From Haplodiscus bocki (Eukaryota): a stretch of 64,000 nucleotides of DNA. The stretch lies in contig OZ296658.1 of assembly GCA_965655095.1 (NCBI GenBank), forward strand, positions 31,496,001 through 31,560,000. Reading direction: 5' to 3'. The notes beneath the pieces are model-generated. The model had not been told where the DNA came from, did no database searches, and saw only the letters and a list, made by a program, of their open reading frames with translations. Positions 13,105 through 23,862 of this stretch are shown here, in pieces (position 1 is the stretch's first letter; every line of letters begins with the position of its first letter). A program made the translations under genes and the position numbers.

Positions 13105-13535
13105 GCTGGTGGTGCCAGCTTTTTGTTCCTTATAGCTAGTGGTGCTAGCTCATTATCATTTACACTGGTGGTGCCAGTCATACTCATTAATGTTTTCTTT
13201 TCAGGTGCATTTAATTTTCTTAGCTAGTGGTGCTAGCTCAGTTCCTTCATACCACTGGTGGTGCCAGTGATGTTTGTTAACGATTTCTTTTCAGATACAA
13301 AATAAAATTCTCTTTCAGACGTCTTACTAATACCTTCCTTTTCAGCATTAACCAATTTTCTTTTCAGCGATTTGTTCCGGCTTAAACGTGCCGAAGAGTG
13401 TCTTTCCGGTTTAAAAGTACCGATTTGTCCCGGCTTAAAAGTGCCGAAGAGTGTCTTCCCGGTTTAAAAGTACCGATGTGTGGCGAGTTCCGGCTTAAAC
13501 GTTCCGAAGGGTGTCTTCCCGGCTTAAAAGCGCCG
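13105..13535 (+). promoter_or_regulatory. Arrays of covarying RNA hairpins and tandem splice-acceptor-like sites upstream of env
   Basis: Five hairpins with a TGGTG loop (13105-13269); five (Y)nCAG sites (AG ending at 13204, 13294, 13318, 13345, 13367); six CGGY-TTAAAMGY-RCCG hairpins (13378-13535). Confidence 0.6.
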
Positions 13536-13772
13536 ACGTGTTCTTCATTTTTTTGGCTACAGTTATCTCCCTGTCCAATACTTTCGACTTCAATTCATTT
13601 TAGCACCTTGACCAATCATTGTCATAATCTTTGAGTTTCTATGCACCAAATTTCTACATTGCCAAAGAGCCTCAGTACAAACCTTCTTCATCCTTCGGTT
13701 AGCGAATTGCTACTTTTATCTATGTAATAACATTTCTGTATATCAGCTAAAATCGGAGTAGCGTTTTCAATT

Positions 13773-15962
13773 GTGATAATGAATAGTGAAAACATGGCTA
13801 TCATAGTATGTGTTATATTTCTCTTGATACTAAATATGTCTATATGTGACAAATACGAACCCAAACGTGACGACATTGCACCTTCTGTACAAGTATCCCA
13901 CTATGACTGCAGCGAGATGACGGAAAACAACCTTTATTCACTGAACCAAGTCAAACTTTGTAATATGGCACCTCAGAATAATCAGATGAATGACGTAAAA
14001 CTGACTATGTACACCAAACACTTCCGAACTGAGATTAATGCTACAATTTGCCGAATCAAACACCAAGGAAACAAATTTCACTGCAGGATGCGTGATCATA
14101 CTAGTATGGATACTGAACAACCTCAGATAACAATTGACATAGACCTGACTCCTGAACAATGCAAACAAGCCTCCGAGGGAAGATCACTTACTCTATTTGA
14201 CCACAAACTGACTTTTGAAAAGGGCAAGAAAGAAATTCATCATAAATGGACAGGAGATAAAAGTGAAGATTACCGCAATGAATGTGATGGTAAAGGATGG
14301 ATAACCAAAGACACTTTCGAAAGTCATATACAAGATATCACTCTGAAAGTGAGAATTAAAGATGGCAAGATATTCAACCGAAATGATCAACTACTACCTT
14401 GTGACTTGGACGAACTTGGATGCGAAAGCACATCATTGGACCCAAATGCTTATACGTGGAAAGCCCCCGGAAATTGTATCTTATCAGTGCTAAAAGAACA
14501 CTATGCACACATGCTGAAGAATGATAACCTTTACTACATAGTTAGTCAGAACACTTCAGAAAACAAATACCTCTTCGAAGTAAAGAATCACCCTCAGCAT
14601 CTTTGTAATAAACCAACTGAAGTTTACCCAACTACGTACGATTCAATGTACGTTGCAATCCACTATGGAGACTTTGATATGAAAACAGGAGGAAAACTCA
14701 ACGAACTGGGACCTCATCTTCTACAGTATCAGAATAACGCCTTCCTCTCAAAACCTGGAAACCTCTACGTCTATAGTCCTCAACCCAAGCCAGCAGATCC
14801 ATAAATCAATACATGGTTAAAAATGGACTACGAACTACAACAAGGGACAAAACTTGACTACCTTTTCTTTGAGAGTTCCAGAGCATTACAGGCATCAGAA
14901 CTAAATCTATTGGAGAACCAATGCGAACAAGAAAGAATCCAAATTTTCACTATCTTGATGCTATCTCTTGAAAACCCCAGACTCGCTTGATACATGCTCA
15001 CTGGAAACAGATCAATGTTTCTCGAAACAGACGGAAGCCTAGCTTGGCTCTACTCCTGCCCACAAGTACGATCACCCTTATATATACTTAACCAATGCTA
15101 TGACAAGATACCCATCCTCTACAAAGGACAAATACAGTTTGTAGACCCCATTACCAGACAAACCTTGCCCGATGCTTTGCCACAGTTACAAAGGACAAAT
15201 ACAGTTTGTAGACCCCATTACCAGACAAACCTTACCCGTTGCTTTGCCACAAAATTGCTCAGACCCGATCAAGAACTTATTCCAAATGGATATGGACCAA
15301 AAAACTCATGGTACTCCCTGACACCTGAAATCACCCATAGAGACAGACCTGCAGTATTCGCCCCCAAACACATATCTCCCTTCACTACGCAAAGGTTCCC
15401 TGAATCAGCTAAAGCAGGAATGTATACAAAAGGACAACTTAGTGAAATTTGGGATGCCATCCTAATGAGTTCAGCATCAAAGAATGCCTTACAGAAATTT
15501 ACACGAAACTTGATAGTCCCCTCAAACGCAAAGAAAGGCCCCGACGGATATACCTACTATGTACATCGAACCGACTTCTTTGTAGATAACATGATATCTT
15601 CGAGTTATTTTGAGAACAAATTTGTCCAGACCTTTGGGACCGTTGGCTATTGGCTCGAGAAATGTGGAATCTGGTTCGCCATATTCGTCTTCGTAAAATT
15701 GATTATTGACATTGTTGTCACTGTAATGAGAACCTTAGAAATACATCGGATAACTGGAAGACCAGTCAGTTTTGGAAAAGTCCTTCTATCAGCCACTTAC
15801 AACTTGTTTATGGTTTCAATATTGAACTCAATCTATTCACCAGCCAAACCCATTGAGTCTTCAACACCTATAGTTGTAGAAATGCAAGAATCGACTGAAC
15901 ATACCTATCCCTCTATTCAAACACAACCCAATAATGTCCCTAACACCGTTTCACCCGTTTAA
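13773..15962 (+). pseudogene. env: Envelope glycoprotein, chuvirus-G-like (class III fusion protein-like), interrupted
   Basis: Signal peptide (MAIIVCVIFLLILNMSIC); HYDC..LYSLNQVKLC..CRIKHQ..FHC(R)MRDHTS Cys pattern recalling the chuviral G N-terminus; C-terminal TM (GIWFAIFVFVKLIIDIVVTV). In-frame stops at 14802 and 14988; 67-bp internal duplication at 15120-15251. Confidence 0.75.
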
Positions 15963-15992
15963 AGTATTTACTATGTTTTCAATTTTAGCATT

Positions 15993-16451
15993 ATGAACCA
16001 AGAAGACTATTCCTTCTCCGATTTAGATTCTCCCCTGTCTGAAGACAATTTCACAGAAGATGATCTTCTTCAACTTCCTGAATTATTTCCTGAAGAGCCA
16101 AATACCCCTTCTAATCAGATCTCTATCACGCACGAGCTGGAGAACCTCTCCCTCACACCAACTGACAAACCTACCAGTGCCTTAAACATTAGACCCAGAA
16201 AACGAAAATCAACTACCCCCTCACGACAACTGTTTCGTAAACAGAAGAAAAGCGAAGAAGCCACGTCCAAATATACTGCTACCCAAAACCCTCAGTTCCA
16301 ATTTAATCTAACCTACAAATTTAAGGAAAGTATAAATCAGTGGAGAATAGTATTTTGGGACCCCAAACGACAAGAATTCACCCTAGAAAACCCATCACTC
16401 AACTACCCACGATTATCTGTACCCCTTAGGTCAATTTCAGCTTTCTGCTAA
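15993..16451 (+). CDS. Unknown 152-aa ORF (acidic N-terminus, RPRKRK NLS-like motif)
   Basis: ATG follows an acceptor-like ttttcaattttag; ends 2 nt before the TRAF-like ORF, so it may be its frameshifted N-terminus. Confidence 0.5.
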   Translation: MNQEDYSFSDLDSPLSEDNFTEDDLLQLPELFPEEPNTPSNQISITHELENLSLTPTDKPTSALNIRPRKRKSTTPSRQLFRKQKKSEEATSKYTATQNPQFQFNLTYKFKESINQWRIVFWDPKRQEFTLENPSLNYPRLSVPLRSISAFC

Positions 16452-16453
16452 AC

Positions 16454-17200
16454 ATGTCCCAACCTTCGCTAAAAGAGAAATTCGAAGACGAACAACTTCT
16501 TAGTACCGCCCTTGCTATTGAACTAGAAGACGTTAAGAATACCTTAGCCCAACTGAAACTAGACCAATCCAAACCCTTACACAAAGGACCCTTCAGCCTG
16601 AATATAGATTACTATATGAAGAAAATTTTCAAAGAAAAGGACGATTTTGAATCTCGATTATAGAAACTAGAATCGGGAGAACAACCCCGTGATTGGAATC
16701 TGTATAAAATTATCTGGAAATTAGAGGACTTTTTAGTCGGATTCAACAACGCCAAACAATTCGAAGAGATAAAGAACAAAAATTTTGCTGATCCAAACCT
16801 AGCACGCGATTTCTACAGCACAGCTTTTCTCAGCAAACCTTATGGCTACAGTTTCTTTATCCGCGCCTTCCCTTATGGATGTGGCCCAGCACTTAGCAAA
16901 TCAATGTCTGTCACTATATCTCCGATAGCCGGGCCCTTCGATGATATTCTCACTTGGCCCTTCAGAGGAACAATCCAAATCAGTGTTTTCAGACAAGACA
17001 ATTCTGGTTTAATCTGGACTAACCTTCTAAAAACCAATGATAAAACGACACCCTGTTTCTCACGACCATCACCCCTACAACGAAACCCGAGTTGTGGTAC
17101 CTTCTTCTACCTTCCCCATGAAGAGATATTCAAGACACAGAAGAATCTAATAAAGAACGACAATGTCAATATCCAAATAAAGATCCTTGACTTCCCTTGA
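16454..17200 (+). pseudogene. Coiled-coil + TRAF-type MATH (TRAF-C) domain ORF with one premature TAG
   Basis: 16454-16663 and 16904-17200 are in one frame. Reading through TAG 16661-16663 gives ..IIWKLEDF..DFYSTAFLSKPYGYSFFIRAFPYGCGPALSKSMSVTISPIAGPFDDILTWPFRGTIQISVFRQ..CFSRP..NPSCGTFFYLPHEEI..LIKNDNVNIQIKI, collinear with the TRAF-C consensus (IWKI, YSPPFYT..YGYK, G.G.G..LS, GEYDALL.WPF, SF.RP, YVKDD.IFIK). Confidence 0.85.
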
Positions 17201-17241
17201 ACCCCGGTTTCAATTTCAACAATCGTGAATCCAGGGTGAGA

Positions 17242-18619
17242 TGTCGTATTCGACATACAGCAGAAAGAAAAAGAAAAAGAAAAGCTGCGAAAAACTAGAC
17301 TTAAAAATGTAATTTTTTAAATCCGCCATTTTGAATGCCGTTGCGCAAGTTCGAACATGTCCCAAATTCGTTTACAAGCCAGAACTAACGCCGCCATGAC
17401 ACCTACCTTATATGGACATCGGCGTCACTCAACTGAACAATAGACTCAATTCCCGAGATAATAACGTCATCTGACGTCATCTGACTTAATGTGTGTATTA
17501 ATGTTATGAATACTGACGACTCCCAAGTCACGTGACTAGGTCACGTGGCTGACGTCATTCTCGGAGCCAATCCTGTGCTATCTTCATTCTGATTCGCTCC
17601 CGAGAGCACAAAATTTAGTAAAGATAGCGGCCGAAATTTGCACCTTCAGAGAGGCGCCTTTCCAGCTCAGATCAGATGTCCAACGATCCGTGAAGTCACT
17701 CCACCCATTTTCCAACAACAGCAGTTCGAGCCCAGTGCAGTATTCTTTGAGCGGTTATGTTTTCACTTTTGTTTTTATTTCTAACCTTTTCTTTGGGTGA
17801 TATTTTCTCTATAATCTAACTTTAACTCTCTTTTGATGTAAACTAAATAACCAAGTAACCAAGCTTAACTCCTAACTAATAAAAACAGTAAAATAACTAA
17901 GTTTAACTTTAACTTTAAAACTTAAACTTTACTTTAACTTTATTTAACTTTAACTTTAAACTAAGATATAAAATTGTGTATGTGTTCAAATCCTCTGTGA
18001 GGTGGTCTCGTCAAGTACGGACTTAACAGCCTTGGTCACGTACCGGCTTGATATTTGGAAAATACTCAAGTCCTCCTTGAGGTAGTCTCGCAAGTCGGAC
18101 TTATTCAACCTTGGTCACGCACCGGTTGCTAAAATACTTAAATATCACTAGACCTAATAATTTTTCTTATTTCAACATTCTCTTAAGGTTGACTGATGAT
18201 TCTTTTAGACGTCCTTGTTTTCATAATATTGATAATACTTTTCCGCCTTTATATCATACCTTTGTATCTTGATTTATTCTGTTTGCCTTGATATTTTAAT
18301 ACCGTTAACTTTTCTGATATTTTGTCTTTCTGAAGTTGTTGAAAATTGTAAGTCACCAGTTGATACTACTTCTGAAACTAATTCATCTGTTTATAATAAC
18401 AAGGTTTCTTCACAATATTCACCAGATAGAAAAAGTCCTTCCTTTCGAACTCACGCCTGAGACGACCTTTGTTGAAGTGCAGGAAGGCAACGGTCGCAAA
18501 ATTGAATTAGGAGACTTGTCCTGAGTTTCGGGATAGTTTCTGACTGGGAATAGAGTGGCTTTTGAGACTTTCCACTGCTATTTCATCAACCCAAAACCAC
18601 ACCATTTACGCACTTCACT
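17242..18619 (+). repeat. 3' LTR of element A
   Basis: Copy of 6421-7805; terminal TGACA altered to TCACT; followed by TSD TAAG; preceded by a weak purine tract agggtgaga. Confidence 0.95.
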
Positions 18620-20037
18620 TAAGTGATCCCGATAATCCACTCAGTCTTCTTCGTTCCCTAAAACGGAAAAACGTCGAAAACATGTAAAGCCAAGGCTGCC
18701 TGTAGAGCTCAAATTTTGAGTGAGGGTATCACAAAAAAGTTAGTATTCCTCTTTCAACAATGGGTAGATAGAACACAATTTGTAAGGATAAGTTTTTGGC
18801 ACCAAAGGGTTTGAATTTTTGGTAAAAGTAGTGGCAGTATCGCAAAACTTTTCGGCGTTTGTGTTTTCTTTGATGTTGGAAAGGATACAAAAAAAAACAA
18901 ATTGACGGACAGGTCCAAAGTTTTTCTCCATGAAAAAAACCGCTAAGGGTTTTTATTTTTGCGTGGTAATCAAAAAATTCCTCAAAATGGTTTACCCTTT
19001 CAATTCAAAGCCTCTTTGTCCTACTCACTCAGCTGGGGCAACGATTTGCTAAATTTTGAGGAAAAATTTATACCCAAAGCGCAGAAGTATGAAAGTTTTG
19101 CTCATTTTTTTGTCCTAGGGCCAAAAAGTTTCGTAGAGTGACTCTTCGGTGCGCTTTATACTTCCTTGAAAATTCACTAAATCAAGAAAGTCGATGGAAA
19201 ATATCACAGTGCTGCTGCACCTCTTGTTAAATACTCGCCTTGAACGGGGTTCTGCGTTTGAAAACTGTAAATGCACTGCAAAAAAATTTTGGATTCGGGA
19301 GACATTTTAAAAAAACATGCAATTATCTTTTTTGCAAAGTTAGTAAAGTTTATCAGCTGTTTTTAGCTAACTCAACCTACAATTCATAAGTCTGGTTATA
19401 ATTGAATTCTCCTGGGGAATAGATGAATTGGAATAGCTTGAAAAACAAATTGAGATATTTTTGAACAGTTATTCAATCCAGCGCTGATGAGCTCATTGGC
19501 GCGACTGTTCAACGTTCTGTTTTAGTTTTCAGGATCCTGTTGCGTTTCCGACGATCGAGGGTTTTGGTTTTCCAAAAATCTGCTGAGCAGGTTTTTTGGG
19601 ACAGACCAGTAAAAGTCTCTTTGACCTTATAGAATTTGTATTCGACATTTTGGACCATATAAAGAGCAACCTCCGTTTTCTCGTGAGCGAACATTTATGA
19701 ATGTTTATTTAATTAGATATGTTTTAAGCAAAATGGTTCTTGATATATAACAATTGCATCGGAGGTAACAAAATACAACTTGGACAAAGAATGAGCATAT
19801 GCAGCTCTTCAAGTCTTCTTCGCTTAGTAAATCAATTGAAATTGAGTGCTAAATTTTAATTTCATCAGGTTGAACGATTATTGGATAACATAAGGAAGTG
19901 TAACTATACTGACTAGTAAAAGAGAAGTGTAAGAACACTGAGCAATGTACAGTTGACCAATATTTTCGATAAGTTTTCTCACTTGGGAATTATTCATTCT
20001 CTTAAATTTGCAGGGTATCAAATTCAAACCTTGCAAC

Positions 20038-20809
20038 TATAACGGTCGCTAATTTAATCTGCCTTTTGGCTAAATTCAAGCGTCTCTCGCATGATCTATA
20101 AACAAAGAACTCAAGTCTTAACAAGTGAGTCAAGTACCCTCGATAGTACTTGTTAAATACTTGACAAAACTTGGACAAAACTCTAACAAAACTCCATAGC
20201 TACCTTATCAGAAACAATGTATACTCATAATATTCAAAACATATTCTATTAACGTTATACAGTATACACTCACATTATTAAACACAATACTTTCACATAT
20301 TGAATTTTCGTTGCAGTTATAAAATATACAATGTTCTTCTAATCTTTAAACATAGAACATTTCATACCAACCTTGCAATAATACTTTTATTTAAATATTA
20401 CATTGAGACCCTTGATTTGTGTGCTTGATCTTGAGACCTTTCGCCCCGATGATTCACAAGTTCTAAACTAATTATAACGAGAAGAAAACGCAAAAATTGA
20501 CAAAAGACACAACACCTCGAACCGTCTTTGGAACAACATTTCAACAGAAAGCGCAGAAAATCGCAACCTTCATAAAACCGACCCTCAACTCTTCACTCTC
20601 TTGAAAATGTAAGATTTATTCTTTTTCTGTATTATTACTTTTTAAATAAAACTATTTAAACTCAAACGATTTCTCAACTAGAGCAATTCTAAGAAAAAAA
20701 AAGCACAATCAGAAAGAAACCTAATAAAACAACCGTCCGCGCATCCGAGAAGGAAAAATAGAAAAGAACTCTTGTCATGGATTTAACAATAAAAATCACG
20801 GTTGTTAAA
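20038..20809 (+). repeat. 5' LTR of element B
   Basis: Matches 33591-34361 except for about two substitutions and one A-run length seen by eye; ends are TATAAC...GTTAAA. Confidence 0.95.
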
Positions 20810-20810
20810 T

Positions 20811-20828
20811 TGGTGACAGGAGTGGGAT
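20811..20828 (+). promoter_or_regulatory. Primer-binding site, tRNA-Leu type
   Basis: TGGTGACAGGAGTGGGAT, 1 nt after the LTR; one mismatch from the complement of a typical tRNA-Leu(CAG) 3' end (TGGTGTCAGGAGTGGGAT). Confidence 0.85.
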
Positions 20829-21225
20829 TGCTCTAGTTCTTAGGAGTAAAATCATTAGTTTAGCGTGATTTAGATTCAGAGTTTTTTTCAAACTGCCTTA
20901 AGACCTTCTTCCCGGGACTTGTCCCGCGCTAACGCTAGTTGTGCTCCCTAGCGAAAAACAACCGTAGACGGCAGATAGTGCCCATAGGCTAAGCAAATTC
21001 ACAGAGCACGGCCAAATAGGCAACTTCTTGAAATTTTTCTTAGACCTTCAACTCAAAACGGTTAGTCTGGTTCTCTGAAAACCAAATGTAGACCTGTAAA
21101 ACGTTATTTCGTAACATAACCACTAACATTTCGCCACTTTTGAAATCTCCCCAGTCCATCAGCGGACTTTTAGACCACCTGAAAATTTGCTTTCTCTGCA
21201 TCTAGCTTTCCCCTAATCTTGCCCC

Positions 21226-21477
21226 ATGTTCCATAACCACACTAATCAACTACCCCTTTACATTTTGAACCGTACCCCACCAAGCGATCCGCCTCCTCGG
21301 TACTCGCAAACTGAACAGTCCACGCCACGTTTGGACTCAAGTTTCGTATGTTTAACGTTGATTTTTGCGCTCTGTTTACTTGCATTGATTTTCTTGCTTG
21401 TTTTGGGCCAGGTTTTCATATTGACACATCTCGAAAACATTTCCGAGAGTTGTTCCACAACCAACCTTGACAACTGA
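21226..21477 (+). CDS. Small leader ORF: PPxY motif + single transmembrane helix
   Basis: 83 aa, ATG start, PPPRY followed by hydrophobic FVCLTLIFALCLLALIFLLVLGQVFIL. Confidence 0.45.
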   Translation: MFHNHTNQLPLYILNRTPPSDPPPRYSQTEQSTPRLDSSFVCLTLIFALCLLALIFLLVLGQVFILTHLENISESCSTTNLDN

Positions 21478-22127
21478 GAAGTGCGTACCAAAAAAAAAAT
21501 TTTTTTCGGAAAATTGGTCGAAGTAGCATTTCATTTCCATTTTTTTGGGCAAACCACTATATGATGACCTCCCGGCAACCTCAAAAAAACCTCGTTTTCT
21601 GACAAATTGAAAGTTTTAAGTTAACCCAGTACTTCGAAAACGCCGAAACCTGTTCGTAGCTTCATGTCTACCTAGTCATTCAGTTGATGGGAACATTCAC
21701 TCTCGTTGTGTCAGCAGTACCGAACGCGCCAAAAAGGCCATTGATTATCCCCTGTTATCACTGTCAAATAGCTCAATTTCGTATTCCTGTAAAACATCAA
21801 GTTCAAAACACCCCATTGCTTAGCCCACATAACTCAAAACTTTTGTTGCACCAAAAACTTGAGGACTTTCACTACCATTATCATTCAAGTGAGATAGAAA
21901 CTTTCCCCAATTACACTCCTTCAGCTCCAAGTAGTACCTCTACCGCCGTACTTTCAACCACGTTTTTCACCAGATTGGGTGACATTTGGTTAGCAAACCT
22001 CGAAATACTTGGAATTTTTCTCGTCGCCTTCGGTACCTCAGACGTTTCAGTAAGCGCTCGTTTTAACCTCTTGTCGGAGCATCTCAAACTGCATCAGACC
22101 CTTTGAGTAGAGGTCGCAGAAAACTTG

Positions 22128-22430
22128 ATGCCACGTTATCAAGAGGACGACCGTCATTACGTCAATTTTCTTTGGAACTCGCCAGGTAACGGTATTCTAT
22201 ATATTAACAAAATTGTTTGGAACGGGTACGGGGACCCTATTAAACTTTTTGGGTACAATTTTCAAAACGTTCCGCCAAGTGACATTTGCGTTGAAGTTTA
22301 TCCCCACACGCCGAATTGGACCAGTCTCTACTGGCGTCTTAGTGAGTACCAGCATTTATATATCGATAACCCCGTCAACGAGCACGTTTTTGGAGAATTG
22401 GTTGACTACCTTGCCATAAACATCGAATAA
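22128..22430 (+). CDS. Unknown ~100-aa leader ORF upstream of gag
   Basis: ATG at 22128, aromatic-rich globular-like sequence, no recognisable motif. Confidence 0.4.
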   Translation: MPRYQEDDRHYVNFLWNSPGNGILYINKIVWNGYGDPIKLFGYNFQNVPPSDICVEVYPHTPNWTSLYWRLSEYQHLYIDNPVNEHVFGELVDYLAINIE

Positions 22431-22482
22431 AAATTTTGTAAATCCCAGTTTTGTAATTCAATTAGTGTAAAAGTTTTGAAAA

Positions 22483-23862
22483 ATGACTGAAGCCGAATCC
22501 GAAGTGGAACTAGGCGCAGCTGAGGAAAAGAGCACCACAGAGGCAGCCCCCCAGGGACCTGGAATTGCCACTAAGTCCACATCAACACCCGGAGCGGCCC
22601 CCTCGGCGCCAGCAGTTCTGCTGGAGGTGCACCTGGATTTTAAACTATCTACCCGACAGCAACTGCATTTCCTCCGTTGTCCGGAATGCATGGAGGACCT
22701 CCCAGCACAGCAGTTAACCTACCGTCATGCCTTATGCCCGAATCGTTCAACGGTTCTGGCGACTTCGAAGATTACATCCAACAATTCAATACAGCAGCCA
22801 TGCTGGCTGGCTGGCTTTCACCGAGACACGATCATCGGCCACAATACTTCGCACTTCGGTTGAGAGATAATGCGTTGCATTTCTACACCACTTTGTCTCC
22901 GGAGCAACAAGACGACTATGACTTACTCGTGGACGCATTTCGACAGAATTACACTACAAATGTCGATATTTTGAAAGCGCGCCTGAAAGCTGCCAAGCAG
23001 CAACCCGAACAAGAAATTGCCAACTTTCTTTGCGATTTACGAACTTTAGCACGACGCGCTTATCGCGCGAGCCCACACTTGATTGACCAGATTGTCCTGA
23101 CGAGTTTCGTAGAAGGATTAAAGAGTCCGACTCTTCGCTGGGAATTGAGGAAACCAAAACCCAGAACTGTGGAGGAAGCATTAACATTAGCAATAGAACT
23201 AGATTCGTTCATTGCACTGGAGAGGACAAACTATCCCGGATCCACCAGCCAAGGAAACTTCAGTGTCAACCAAATTGGCAGTGCAATCCCCCAGCCCGAC
23301 ACAATCGACGAACTCGTACGATCCTTAAGGAACGAGGTGGATAACATAAAGCGTTCCACACACCACAGAAACGATTCCTGTGACAAACACAGAAACCGAA
23401 CAGATTCACTGGATAAAAACCGAGAACGTAGTAATTCAAGGGACCATCAGCCAAATTATTTCGCCTCAACAGACCGCAATCAGCAGAACTCCAACTATTC
23501 AGGCGAAAAGCGAAACAATTCGCATGACAGGAATTCTCGATCTGTTCGTTTCGAGCTTCATAGCCGAAATGAAAGCGGTGGGCGGAAAAAATTACTCACG
23601 TTATGGATCCAGAGATCAGATACCGGAAAATCAGAGACAAAGCCCTTCTCACACGAAGACGCGAAACCAGCCAACCAATAGTCGTAGAAACGATAATTTT
23701 CAAAACACGCAGCGTAACTGCTCCAATAGCCACAGTCAACCCTGTCGTCATTGTGGACGATCAAATCATTTTTCAAACGAATGCAAAGCATGCTTCAATT
23801 GCAAACGCATCGGACATTTCCGCCGTGATTGCAAGGCTCCCAGAGCCAATTCGTTAAACTGA
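22483..23862 (+). pseudogene. gag: gag (capsid + two CCHC zinc knuckles) with frameshifts
   Basis: PESFNGSGDFEDYIQQF..LRLRDNALHFY capsid-like region (22677-23585). Removing one A from the A6 run at 23586-23591 joins it to CRHCGRSNHFSNEC and CFNCKRIGHFRRDC, ending at TGA 23862. Likely start ATG 22483 is separated from the rest by a frameshift (~22600) and TAA 22641. Confidence 0.88.

Larger units (their letters stand above)
6421..18619 (+). mobile_element. LTR retroelement A: non-autonomous (pol-less) endogenous retrovirus-like Gypsy element with class III-like env and a TRAF/MATH ORF
   Basis: Direct repeats 6421-7805 and 17242-18619; 4-bp TSD TAAG at 6417-6420 and 18620-18623; TGG PBS-like start at 7809; internal gag, integrase tail and env-like ORFs. 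Confidence 0.93.
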
